A stretch of DNA of 62,669 nt, counting the filler, from Candidatus Ancaeobacter aquaticus (GTDB lineage Bacteria > Auribacterota > Ancaeobacteria > Ancaeobacterales > Ancaeobacteraceae), in the NCBI GenBank assembly GCA_030765405.1. It is 6 parts of 6 records of this genome, joined end to end, with 100 filler letters (N's around TTAATTAATTAA, not from the genome) between each part and the next. Parts side by side here need not be neighbours in the genome. Positions count along the whole stretch, not along the records: positions 9,494 to 12,903 come from JAVCCP010000012.1; positions 13,004 to 33,301 come from JAVCCP010000031.1; 4 more parts are not named here. One strand, 5' to 3'. A program made the translations under genes and the position numbers. Shown piece after piece: positions 9,577 through 20,071 of this stretch. The first letter of the stretch is position 1. Each line of letters begins with the position of its first letter. The notes beneath the pieces were generated by a model that searched no databases, was not told the origin of the DNA, and worked only from the letters and a program-made list of their open reading frames with translations.

Positions 9577-9632
9577 CAGTTTTTCTTATTGAGGGCTGCG
9601 CATTCATTATCACGCAGAGAAGGGAGTTCGTT

Positions 9633-10001
9633 ATGTTATATATATTTACTGTTATACGTTTCTGCTTTTGGGATTTTGTGGGTATGTTTGGTATTGCTCC
9701 TAGAGATGTTATGTATAGGGGTAGGTATTTGTATAAGGAGGTTACTGATGATGGTGGTATATATCATTGGAGGCGTACTATTAGTAGTGATTATAGAAGA
9801 TATTATCGTTTTATACGGCAGTATGGTGGTGTCGAGGGGTTCCTTAGTGTGCCTTATCATCCATGGTTTTGTTATCGCATATCTACTGATACAGGTTTAT
9901 GGGAGTTTGATACTAGGGACAGGAGTTATCGTCTTTTACAGTTGAGGGGTAAAAATATTTACCCCTCTAAATACTCTAAGTTCATAAAAGTATTTAGCTA
10001 G
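9633..10001 (+). CDS. Hypothetical protein, 122 aa
   Basis: SD AGGGAG before ATG 9633; strong third-position T bias supports coding. Confidence 0.55.
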   Translation: MLYIFTVIRFCFWDFVGMFGIAPRDVMYRGRYLYKEVTDDGGIYHWRRTISSDYRRYYRFIRQYGGVEGFLSVPYHPWFCYRISTDTGLWEFDTRDRSYRLLQLRGKNIYPSKYSKFIKVFS

Positions 10002-10212
10002 TATCTCGAACTATTTGTTTATCTTCTACTTATTCTCTTAAACTCATAATGATATGTGCATTCCATTTTATATAGAATTCTGTATAATAAGATATTGGTT
10101 GCACATTATGGAATATTATCCATTTTGGAAGGGATTATTTATGAAAATAACAAGAGATAGTTGTGATACATGATAAAATGTTCTTATACTATGGAATTCT
10201 ATATAATAATAT

Positions 10213-10220
10213 GTTAGAAC
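10213..10220 (+). other. Integron core site at the 5' edge of cassette 1 (candidate attI or secondary-site junction)
   Basis: GTTAGAAC is the exact complement of the inverse core GTTCTAAC (11161-11168) of the downstream attC. Confidence 0.6.
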
Positions 10221-10228
10221 CAAATAAT

Positions 10229-11137
10229 ATGAAGAAACAAAAGAAAAAATATAGTTACCCTATCATAATAAAAAATGAAATTTCTTGCCCATTTTTTCTG
10301 TCTGGCGATATACAAATTCAAAAATTAACCAAGCAAAATAAGCTTAATTTCTTTGGAATCAATGATGTTGATTTTACATGGGGTGCAAACTGCAGAATTA
10401 AATTAAGTCACGTAATAATTAACAAAATTCAAGCTGCTGAAAGCAAAGGAAGAAGAAATTATAAAGAAATAATGAAAATAGGGCTATTTGATGGTACTAA
10501 CGAAATTTTAGCTTCAAATTATGTGTTAATTGTTAAAAGCCACTTTGATGAATTAAATCGTTTAATTGAGAGGATAAATATGGCTTTTAAATTATTAAGG
10601 CCAACATCAACAGGCGGTTATTTAGGTTTTGTTAGCGACGATACAGATGTTCATTTTCACCATCAATATCCTATTCCTATCAGGGGTCCTTTTGATTATT
10701 TAAAATTACAAGATCAAGATTTAATTAAAATAAAATCAATATATGAGCAGCTTGAAAAAAATAAAAGTGATAAAAAGTTGACTGGTGCATTGCTACACTT
10801 TTCAAGAGCATTAGAAAATATCTCCTACAATAAGAATGCCCGAATGGACATTCGTTTTCTCCTTTTAATGATAGTTTTAGATCTCCTATATATCCCTGAT
10901 GGGCAGTCATCAGCCAGAAAAATGGCTTCTAGGATTTTCAACATTTTAAACGTCACTGGAATTACTCATCAAGAAATATGTGACCTTTATGACATTCGTA
11001 ATGACATTATCCATGATGGGAGGTCAGATAGACTAACGGATAATGATTTCTATAAAATAACAGAAATTGTAAGACAATCACTGAATTTTTATCTCATTAA
11101 TAAAAAAATATTTGCCAAAAATAACCTGAAAAAATAA
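10229..11137 (+). CDS. HEPN-domain protein (Apea-like), integron cassette 1
   Basis: C-terminal RFLLLMIVLDLL...LYDIRNDIIHDG with Rx4H motif; start 10229 lies just inside the cassette core site (ORF open from 10163). Confidence 0.7.
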   Translation: MKKQKKKYSYPIIIKNEISCPFFLSGDIQIQKLTKQNKLNFFGINDVDFTWGANCRIKLSHVIINKIQAAESKGRRNYKEIMKIGLFDGTNEILASNYVLIVKSHFDELNRLIERINMAFKLLRPTSTGGYLGFVSDDTDVHFHHQYPIPIRGPFDYLKLQDQDLIKIKSIYEQLEKNKSDKKLTGALLHFSRALENISYNKNARMDIRFLLLMIVLDLLYIPDGQSSARKMASRIFNILNVTGITHQEICDLYDIRNDIIHDGRSDRLTDNDFYKITEIVRQSLNFYLINKKIFAKNNLKK

Positions 11138-11160
11138 AAATTACTAAATGTCTAAATAAA

Positions 11161-11244
11161 GTTCTAACAACTCGCTTCACACTGACCGAAACCCGCGCCG
11201 AAAAAACCGACACGGCTTCCGGCAGGTGAGCTTGAATGTTAGAC
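11161..11244 (+). mobile_element. attC site 1
   Basis: Inverse core TTCTAAC, L boxes GCTTCAC...GTGAGC with extrahelical base, core GTTAGAC. Confidence 0.88.
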
Positions 11245-11260
11245 ATAAAAAATTAAAATA

Positions 11261-11968
11261 ATGTTAAAAAAACCAATATTCTGGAAAATACTAGGTTATA
11301 TTCTTTTACTGCTAGGTGCTATATTAGGTGCATCTTTAGGTGCTGTTTCTGCACCAATAAAAGGTGCATTGGCTGCTGTCGCATTCGCTATCTTAGGTAA
11401 TCTTCAGATCGAAAAATCTAAAAATCTAGAAAGGGAATTAACAATAAAATCCAGACTAGATGAAGAAGCATTAGAAGCATTGGTCAAACTAAACGGTTTA
11501 ATGTTTACAAGGGAAGAAATAAAGAGAAAATTCGACATTGATATTTCTATCCAAACTATTCGTTATTTAATTCAGCAAGATATAATTAAAAACGAAGTCT
11601 TTTCTTTATCCCAAAACGGTAAAATTTCCTATGGCTATTACCTAACAGATTTCGGCAAAGATGTCTTAAGAAAACATATTGGCATTATTGATTTATTCCC
11701 AGACATAATGATAGACATGTATAAAACTGCCTACTGGTTGGGGCACAAAAAAGATTTCTCTGCTAAAAAACAAGGTTTCAAAAAGATGCAAAAAAAAGAT
11801 TTCGATGATTTTATAAAAAGTTTCTTCGAATATATTCCAAAAGAATTTACTAAGCTAGAAAACGATGTTTCGCATGAAGATAAAATAGGTATTTTTAGAA
11901 AATTCTTAGAAGACCAAAAAATATCGTATTCTGATAAAATGACTATAATTGACAAATGGAAAGTCTAA
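11261..11968 (+). CDS. Hypothetical membrane-anchored protein, integron cassette 2
   Basis: Two N-terminal hydrophobic helices; stop TAA lies inside the attC inverse core GTCTAAC, typical of cassettes. Confidence 0.75.
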   Translation: MLKKPIFWKILGYILLLLGAILGASLGAVSAPIKGALAAVAFAILGNLQIEKSKNLERELTIKSRLDEEALEALVKLNGLMFTREEIKRKFDIDISIQTIRYLIQQDIIKNEVFSLSQNGKISYGYYLTDFGKDVLRKHIGIIDLFPDIMIDMYKTAYWLGHKKDFSAKKQGFKKMQKKDFDDFIKSFFEYIPKEFTKLENDVSHEDKIGIFRKFLEDQKISYSDKMTIIDKWKV

Positions 11969-12036
11969 CAATCCAATCAACCGGACTTTTTCCGTGGCTT
12001 TGCTGCTCCAAAAGCCGATTATTTGAAACGTTTACT
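11963..12036 (+). mobile_element. attC site 2 (degenerate core)
   Basis: GTCTAAC complements cassette-start GTTAGAC; CAATCAACCGGAC...GCCGATTATTTG L boxes; core is GTTTACT instead of GTTRRRY. Confidence 0.75.
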
Positions 12037-12423
12037 TGTCATATGCTTATAGTCTGTATTCCATTAGACGCAAAATTAAACCCAATAAGGAATGTCGGCT
12101 TTACTCATTCATAAACAATATCTTCTTTCAAAATCCAAAGAGAAATCTTATAACAGAACAAATTGTTTATGAATAGCCTCCTTATTAAATTATCCTCTTA
12201 TGTCATTATTTTAAAAAAGCCAGAACAGTTCGCAACGCCAAAAGACATTTCGCCTTTAGCGAAAAGACTTTTACCCTTCTGGTTCGCGTTGCTTTGGTGA
12301 ACAGTTGGATTTATTTAAAGAACCTGTTCGCGCGGCGGTCAGGGTCAGGCGGCTACATCCGCCTTTGGCGGATTTAGCACCGCCTTTTGTGTGGCTGTTT
12401 GACCTCATAGAATATGTTTGTTG

Positions 12424-12522
12424 TTGTTTTATTCGTACACAGTTGATGAAGTAGCAGAAGCAGTTAAGCTCCATCCTTACACTGTTAGACGTCTTTGCCG
12501 GGAAGGGAAGATTCCTTTTTAA
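12424..12522 (+). pseudogene. Truncated excisionase-type HTH (HTH_17) relic
   Basis: YSYTVDEVAEAVKLHPYTVRRLCREGKIPF*; stops before the usual C-terminal strand, no ATG. Confidence 0.6.
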
Positions 12523-12523
12523 T

Positions 12524-12903
12524 CTATTCCACTCCATTTCCGAAAGCTTTGTATCAACCCAGACATCCCGTTTTCATCGGGATCACTGGATTGATATGTT
12601 CGCCAGAAGATTATTCCTTTCAGTCATAAACTTCAGTCCCAGCTTTGCTGGGATTCGCTCACTACAAAACTTTCTCCAACTCCTCCTACATATTTCAATG
12701 TACCAGCTCTTTTCCATTCTGTTCATAGATCTATGTTTCTGTTTTCGCTTTCGCTCCAACAGAAATTCGTTCGCCCTTTTCGCAATTGAGACATCCTTCA
12801 TTCTGAAGGAAGACTCAACTGCTGTGCTCACCATAGAACTATTCCACTTTATTTCCGAAAGCTTTGTATCAATCCAGACATCCCGTTTTCACCGGGATCA
12901 CTG
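12524..12903. repeat. 65-nt direct repeat with 315-nt period flanking hairpin-rich non-coding DNA
   Basis: 12524-12588 and 12839-12903 differ at 4 positions; both contain ATCCCG-TTTTCA(T/C)-CGGGAT. Confidence 0.8.
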
Positions 12904-13003
12904 NNNNNNNNNNNNNNNNNNNNNNNNNNNNNNNNNNNNNNNNNNNNTTAATTAATTAANNNNNNNNNNNNNNNNNNNNNNNNNNNNNNNNNNNNNNNNN
13001 NNN
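12904..13003. other. Artificial contig linker
   Basis: N44-TTAATTAATTAA-N44. Confidence 0.98.
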
Positions 13004-13187
13004 CGTAAAGCAGGGATTCGTGCTACTTGTTTTCAATCTAGAAATCTCTACTAGATTTCTTTGTTCGCATTAATTGTGCTCATCCCCCCTAGATTTTCTC
13101 GGGCTTCGCCTCCAAAATCGTAAAGCAGGGGGGATAGTTCGACTATGGGAAATTCGCATAGTTTCACTTGCGACTTTCCCAGTCTCA

Positions 13188-14276
13188 CTAAAACATATAT
13201 CTCCTCACGTGTACTGCTTCAACAATGCCGAGTGCTAGCATGGTTACAATCATGGATGAGCCTCCGTAACTTAGAAGGGGTAACGGTAAACCGGTAATCG
13301 GCATCATCCCGATTGTCATACCAATATTTACAATGACATGTGTTGATAAATACATAATAACCCCAACAACAAGTAACCGTCCACTAAGATCTCGTGCATG
13401 TTTGGCGGCATTAAAACATCGCATTATAATAACGATAAAAAGTATTATGACAATTGTTCCACCCAAGAGTCCAAACTCTTCCCCAATAACAGAAAATATA
13501 AAATCAGTGTGCCGTTCAGGTAAAAAATTTAATTGATTTTGTGTGCCCTGAAGCCATCCTTTTCCAAAGAGACCTCCTGAACCAATTGCAATTTTTGATT
13601 GGATAATATTATATCCGGCACCCAAAGGATCAATATTCGGATTGATAAAAACCAATAACCGTGCCTTTTGATAATCCTTGAGAAAGGTAAACATTACAGG
13701 TAATGCAATAAGCCCTATGATTATAAGAACAATCAAATATGACGGTCGTGCACCTGCAATATATAACATCGCAAATACAATAGGTATCAAGACAAGAGCT
13801 GTCCCAAGATCAGGCTGCTTCAAAATAAGCATCAGCGGTACAGCCGCAATACATAATGTGTTAAAAACATATCTAAATGAATTTCTTTTTTCATTATCCC
13901 AAACAAGATACCGAGCAATAGCTAATATAAGAACCACTTTAGCAAATTCAGATGGCTGCACAGAAAAACCGCCTATTGATATCCAGCTGTATGCACCAGC
14001 CCTTTGTTTACCAATAACAAAAAGAGCAATGAGACATATGATGATTAAAACATATAAAATCGTAGAAAATGAAAAAAGAAGCTTATAATCAATAAGAAAT
14101 ATTGCAAAAAAAAGCGCAATACCTAGAACAGCCCACGATAATTGTTTTATAACAAAAATATTTCCACATGTACTTTGTGCCGCACTATAAATTGAGCATA
14201 CTCCTATAGCGATAAGAACAAGTGCGCTTATAAGAAGTTGATAATCAAAATGCTTAAATAATCTTTGTCGCTTCAT
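13188..14276 (-). CDS. rodA: Rod shape-determining SEDS protein RodA
   Basis: QPSEFAK, QPDLGTA, GYNIIQSKIAIGSGG, FLPERHTDFIF, LSYGGSS; follows mrdA. Confidence 0.95.
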   Translation of the reverse strand: MKRQRLFKHFDYQLLISALVLIAIGVCSIYSAAQSTCGNIFVIKQLSWAVLGIALFFAIFLIDYKLLFSFSTILYVLIIICLIALFVIGKQRAGAYSWISIGGFSVQPSEFAKVVLILAIARYLVWDNEKRNSFRYVFNTLCIAAVPLMLILKQPDLGTALVLIPIVFAMLYIAGARPSYLIVLIIIGLIALPVMFTFLKDYQKARLLVFINPNIDPLGAGYNIIQSKIAIGSGGLFGKGWLQGTQNQLNFLPERHTDFIFSVIGEEFGLLGGTIVIILFIVIIMRCFNAAKHARDLSGRLLVVGVIMYLSTHVIVNIGMTIGMMPITGLPLPLLSYGGSSMIVTMLALGIVEAVHVRRYMF

Positions 14277-14294
14277 GATGTTTTTTCACGTGTG

Positions 14295-16115
14295 TTATAT
14301 GTTAGGATCTTCTTTTGGAATAATGTTGCTATGGTCTTTATCTGTGTGAGATATGTCATAGTAACGTTTAAATATCTTTTGTGCTATAGGTGCGGCATCA
14401 ACCCCACCGGATTTTGCGGCTTCTACGAGTACAACAACACATATTTCAGGTTGTTTTTCAGGTGCATATCCTGCAAACCAGGCATGATTTTTTTCATTGT
14501 CTCGTGAGCCATATTCTACAGTCCCCGTTTTCCCGCAAACAGCCAAATCTTTTACATATGCTTTATGGCCGGATCCATCACGTTCATTCACGACTTGATA
14601 CATCCCTTTTTTTATAATTGCCAGGTTCTTAGCATCAGCATGTATGTCGGTTCTTACCTGCGGGGTGATTGTTATTTCTTTTCCTTTTGGGCGGACAATT
14701 TTGTGTATTATCTGGGGTTTATAGACAATTCCACCGTTTGCAATTGCTGAAACAAAAGAAGCGACCTGAATAGGTGTCACTAAAAGAAATCCTTGCCCTA
14801 TAGAAAAGTTTGCCGTGTCGCCCCCCATCCAAGATCTCTTTTTAACTCGTTTTTTCCAAGCAGGGCTCGGAACCATACCTTTTTTTTCATAAGGCAATGC
14901 AATTCCCGTTTTCTGCCCCAAGAGAAATTTTTTTGCTCCTTCCGAAATAGCAGTAGACCCAAGTTGCATACCCACTTTATAAAAAAATACATTACAAGAA
15001 TATTTTAAAGCATTTATAAGTGTTAATGTGCCGTGTCCGTATTTACGCCAACAATTAAATCGAGCTTTACCCAACATAAAATATCCCGGACAATAAAACC
15101 GCGATCCGGCATTAATTGTCTTTGTCTCGATTGCCGTAAGAGCAACAATTATTTTAAATACTGACCCAGGTGAATAGAGCCCGCTAATTACTCTATCAAT
15201 CAGGGGCCTTCTCTTATCGGTGAGAAGTTTTCCTATATCTTTTCTATTGTTGCTTCTGAGAAAAACATTTGGATCAAAACTTGGTTTGCTCGCATAGGCA
15301 AGAATATTTCCGTTTTTTGGATTCATAACGACTATTGCGCCTGTTTTTTCGGCAAGTTCAGTCTCAACAACATCCTGCAGCCTACTGTCGATTGTAAGAT
15401 ACAAATCGTTTCCAATAATAGGTTTTCGTGCACTGAGAATTTTGTCCTTGAGGCCCCTGTTATTCACCTGTATCTGCATCGCCCCAGATTTACCACCTAA
15501 TTGCCCGTCATATGTTTTTTCGATACCCGTTTTACCAATGACATCATTTGGTAAATATCCTTGATCTTTAAGAGTGTCGTATTCTTTGGCTGTAATCCGC
15601 CCAACATAACCTAACATGTGTGCAGCGTAGTCATTATAGACATAATTACGTAAAGCTCTTACGTGCACATTCACTCCGGTTAAATGTGGTTTTTGCTCTT
15701 CTATAACGGTAACTTTATCAATGCCGACATCTTGAGCTATGGTAACGGGTAAATATGGGATATAGCTTCCTCTCTTCGTTTTTCTTAAGATTTTTTTCTT
15801 AGGTATTTCTAAAATAGAACTGAGTGTTGTTACAACAGATTCGTAATCACTTATCTCATTTGGGTATAATTCAACATCGTATGACGGCCTATTATCAACT
15901 AAGAGAACTCCAGTAGCGTCATACATAACACCGCGTGGCGAGTCTAAAACAACTCTTCTTATGCGGTTATTCTTTGATAGGTCTGCATATTTAGAGCCAC
16001 TTATAATCTGTATGTACCATAAAGACGCAATAATCAATCCCAGCAAAACAATAACAATAATATTGAGATTGCGGAGTCTTCTTTCATTTTGGTAATATAA
16101 TAGTTCTATAATCAT
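14295..16115 (-). CDS. mrdA: Penicillin-binding protein 2
   Basis: PRG motif, PGSVFK, SCN, KTGT transpeptidase motifs; mre operon. Confidence 0.95.
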   Translation of the reverse strand: MIIELLYYQNERRLRNLNIIVIVLLGLIIASLWYIQIISGSKYADLSKNNRIRRVVLDSPRGVMYDATGVLLVDNRPSYDVELYPNEISDYESVVTTLSSILEIPKKKILRKTKRGSYIPYLPVTIAQDVGIDKVTVIEEQKPHLTGVNVHVRALRNYVYNDYAAHMLGYVGRITAKEYDTLKDQGYLPNDVIGKTGIEKTYDGQLGGKSGAMQIQVNNRGLKDKILSARKPIIGNDLYLTIDSRLQDVVETELAEKTGAIVVMNPKNGNILAYASKPSFDPNVFLRSNNRKDIGKLLTDKRRPLIDRVISGLYSPGSVFKIIVALTAIETKTINAGSRFYCPGYFMLGKARFNCWRKYGHGTLTLINALKYSCNVFFYKVGMQLGSTAISEGAKKFLLGQKTGIALPYEKKGMVPSPAWKKRVKKRSWMGGDTANFSIGQGFLLVTPIQVASFVSAIANGGIVYKPQIIHKIVRPKGKEITITPQVRTDIHADAKNLAIIKKGMYQVVNERDGSGHKAYVKDLAVCGKTGTVEYGSRDNEKNHAWFAGYAPEKQPEICVVVLVEAAKSGGVDAAPIAQKIFKRYYDISHTDKDHSNIIPKEDPNI

Positions 16116-16126
16116 ATTTGTCTTCT

Positions 16127-16615
16127 TTATATATTAAAAAGCCTTTTTTGTTCAAATCTCCAGAGAATAAAAAATATTATTATTGCCCATATACCATTAC
16201 TAAAAGATTGTGCAATTACTCTGGTAAATAGTAGCGGCCACAGGGATATACCAAAAAAAATACTGTAGAGGCTAAAATAGGTAACCGCCGTGCCTATTGT
16301 TGCTATAAAGACAATCAATGATTGTGTGACAGGATTTTCAAAGTAAAGCTTGTATGTAACTAAGCCCAGACATATTCCGGTAAGGCCATAGGTTAATATA
16401 TATGCACCAAAACGGCCTACAGTAAAGGTATCAATGAATATTCCCGCACAAACACCAATAACAAGCCCTTTTCTCCAACCAGCCCGAAGACAAAAAAACA
16501 CTATTGCAATAAGAAGCAAATCCGGAGTCCATGGCCAAGATGTGATTTTAAATAAAAGCAACGATTGGATAAGTGCAATAATAAATAATATACATACGGC
16601 AAAAAATGTTCTCAT
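16127..16615 (-). CDS. mreD: Rod shape-determining protein MreD
   Basis: Hydrophobic 162 aa with PDLLLI; between mreC and mrdA. Confidence 0.85.
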   Translation of the reverse strand: MRTFFAVCILFIIALIQSLLLFKITSWPWTPDLLLIAIVFFCLRAGWRKGLVIGVCAGIFIDTFTVGRFGAYILTYGLTGICLGLVTYKLYFENPVTQSLIVFIATIGTAVTYFSLYSIFFGISLWPLLFTRVIAQSFSNGIWAIIIFFILWRFEQKRLFNI

Positions 16616-17463
16616 GGTGTATTTTGTTTTTCTGTATTGTCCTCAATTCGTTTTGATTTTTTGTTTGTGATAACCAGAACTTCTTCCATTTGGGCGAAAT
16701 TACACGCAGGTTTTATTTTTGCATATTTATATAGACCAAACGTATCGGTCCCTATTTCAGTGACTTCGCCAATGACCAGTCCTTTTGGATATACTGTCCC
16801 TAACCCTGAAGTAACAATGATATTACCAAGCTGAGCTCTTGCATTCCTTGAAATATACTTATACAGACACAATGATGTTGATTCGCCCTCAATAATCCCA
16901 TAATCTCGAGTATCCTGCAACATACCTCCTGCCCTGCTGTTTTTATCAATAATAAGCAATACTTTACTGCTATATGGTCCAACTTCAGTAATTTTTCCTA
17001 CAACACCTACAGACGTTACAACAGGCATATCTATTTTTATCCCGTGTGATTTCCCTCTGTCTATCAAGACACTTTCAAACCAATATGACGGATCTCTTCC
17101 AATCACACGAGCAGGAATAAATGAAAACGGTTTTTCTTGCATAAAAGACACCAGTTTCAAGAGTCTCTTATTTTCAATATCTACTTCTCTTACTTTACTG
17201 GCAAGCATGGTAAATTCAGTAAGGTTTTCTTTAAGGGCTTTGTTCTCTTCTAAAAGGGAGTTTTTGCTACTCATATTTTCTTTAAAAGCATTTGTCTGTG
17301 AAGAAACAATACTACCAATACGTACAAATGGAGATATCACAAAATGGAGTGAATATTTTATATAGCCTGCTACATGTAATGGAATACTTAAAAGAACAAC
17401 CGCAAGTATGACCAGTAGCACCCACAGTTTTATTTTTTTTCTTCTCTTATAGTAATACCCCAC
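16612..17463 (-). CDS. mreC: Rod shape-determining protein MreC
   Basis: ENKRLLKL, IDRGKSHGIKIDMPV, TSGLGTVYPKGLVIG. Confidence 0.93.
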   Translation of the reverse strand: MGYYYKRRKKIKLWVLLVILAVVLLSIPLHVAGYIKYSLHFVISPFVRIGSIVSSQTNAFKENMSSKNSLLEENKALKENLTEFTMLASKVREVDIENKRLLKLVSFMQEKPFSFIPARVIGRDPSYWFESVLIDRGKSHGIKIDMPVVTSVGVVGKITEVGPYSSKVLLIIDKNSRAGGMLQDTRDYGIIEGESTSLCLYKYISRNARAQLGNIIVTSGLGTVYPKGLVIGEVTEIGTDTFGLYKYAKIKPACNFAQMEEVLVITNKKSKRIEDNTEKQNTP

Positions 17464-17479
17464 AGCCAGTCCTTTTTAT

Positions 17480-17517
17480 AAAAAAATAGGGGGACGAACA
17501 TATACAATTCATCCCCC
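17480..17517 (-). terminator. Intrinsic terminator between mreB and mreC
   Basis: Minus strand GGGGGATGAA...TTCGTCCCCC followed by TATTTTTTT. Confidence 0.65.
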
Positions 17518-17544
17518 CGCATAAATTATTGATTTCGATTCACC

Positions 17545-18597
<1,053 letters not shown>

Positions 18598-18695
18598 TCA
18601 TACACAAAATAAATTTTATAAGCAATAAAAAAAGCTTTTAAATAGTATTCTCTCGATGATTTATCTTTATCATTCGGAAAATAAATGCAAACACC

Positions 18696-19985
18696 TTATC
18701 TGCCGTGCATTATGTATTTTTTTAGTACATCTGGCACTGCCGCTGTGAATTTAACTTTTATGCGTGTTTTAGCCCCATCATTACGCATATGCATAACCTT
18801 TGAATTCTTATATACGGATGAGATGAGCTCTGAGTCTTTGTTTGGAATTAATAATTCAGTAATACCTTCATAATAAATAATATTACTTTCTATAAGCTTT
18901 AACATTTCTACTATTCCATCACCATGCCTAGCAGAGATTGAAACACAATCAGGATATTCTTTTTTAATTTTTTCAATAAGGTGAGTGCTCCCCAAAAGAT
19001 CAATTTTATTTAATACGAGTATCACAGGCTTGTCGTGAATATCCAGTTCTTCAAGCACAACTTCAACAGCTTTTTTTTGTTCATGTACTTTTTCCTGAGC
19101 AATATCTACAACCATGAGTAATATATCAGCTTCTCTTACCTCCTCAAGTGTTGCTTTGAAAGAATCAACAAGTTGATGAGGTAGTTTGTTGATAAAACCA
19201 ACAGTGTCGGTAATAAAAAATTCTTTTTTTGAAGGCAAGGTAACTTTTCGCGTTGTGGGGTCAAGCGTTGCAAAAAGTTCATCTGCTATATAAATATCTG
19301 AACCGGTTAATGTATTCATAAGTGTTGACTTGCCAGAATTGGTATAGCCGATGATTGCAACGATAGGAATCTGCGAACGTTTTCTCTTTTTTCTTTGATC
19401 CGCACGCTGGCGGGAAACATTTTTTAATTCTTTTTTTAAACGGCCAATTTTTTCTCTTACTCTCCGCCTATCAACTTCTAATTGCGTTTCGCCTGGGCCC
19501 CTTGTACCGATACTACCACCTTCTTGTCTGGATAAATGTGTCCACTGCCCAGTCAGTCGCGGATACAAATACATCAACTGCGCCATTTCAATTTGAAGTT
19601 TTCCTTCACGCGTTTGCGCGTGTTGGGCGAAAATATCAAGGATGAGTTCTGTCCGATCAATAACTTTTATCCCAAAACAAAGTTCAAGATTTTTGACCTG
19701 CACGGGTGTTAAGTTAGCATCAAATATAACGACGTTAATATTTTGTTCACGACATAATAATGCTATTTCCTTAGCTTTTCCCGAACCAATATAAGTTGCT
19801 GCAACAGGTTTCTGCAGTTTTACGATTGTTGAGCCATTAATATGGGCTCCGGCACTTTCAGTGAGCCTGTAGAGCTCCTCAAGTGAGTCTTCAGAAATAT
19901 ACCGGTCAATCCTTCCGACATGCATACCTATTAAGTATGCCTTTTCTTTATATCGTTTCTTTTCAAATTGAAATTTTCTGACGAT
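18696..19985 (-). CDS. hflX: GTPase HflX; start uncertain (first ATG 19925, likely non-AUG start near 19985)
   Basis: GEGGxGxxGPGETQLE-like RQEGGSIGTRGPGETQLE, GYTNSGKST, LFATLDPT, DTVGFI, NKID; frame open upstream with KEKAYLIG. Confidence 0.93.
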   Translation of the reverse strand: MVRKFQFEKKRYKEKAYLIGMHVGRIDRYISEDSLEELYRLTESAGAHINGSTIVKLQKPVAATYIGSGKAKEIALLCREQNINVVIFDANLTPVQVKNLELCFGIKVIDRTELILDIFAQHAQTREGKLQIEMAQLMYLYPRLTGQWTHLSRQEGGSIGTRGPGETQLEVDRRRVREKIGRLKKELKNVSRQRADQRKKRKRSQIPIVAIIGYTNSGKSTLMNTLTGSDIYIADELFATLDPTTRKVTLPSKKEFFITDTVGFINKLPHQLVDSFKATLEEVREADILLMVVDIAQEKVHEQKKAVEVVLEELDIHDKPVILVLNKIDLLGSTHLIEKIKKEYPDCVSISARHGDGIVEMLKLIESNIIYYEGITELLIPNKDSELISSVYKNSKVMHMRNDGAKTRIKVKFTAAVPDVLKKYIMHGR

Positions 19986-20071
19986 ACTAACCTCCCCTAA
20001 AAGCTATATGCTATAAGCTGTAAGTTTTAAGTTAAAAGCGTAAAAATTTTAACATGCTTCCATTTGAAATT

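Noticed and set aside
9394..10001. Two-component genes or the tRNA-Ser integrase as the integron integrase partner
   Set aside because: Different contigs; the 46343 integrase has its own att and arm sites, and no IntI-specific insertion is evident
12271..12955. ORFs 12271-12537, 12583-12834 and 12596-12955; also considered a group II intron fragment
   Set aside because: ORFs run through palindromic repeats with no protein motifs; no domain V (AGC triad hairpin) could be found
13004..13130. CGTAAAGCAGGG repeated at 13004 and 13119
   Set aside because: Exactly the first 127 nt of a contig, so probably assembly overlap into a repeat node; too little to characterise
19986..20071. Missing hfq between miaA and hflX
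   Set aside because: Absence of hfq from this operon is common; nothing unusual is visible
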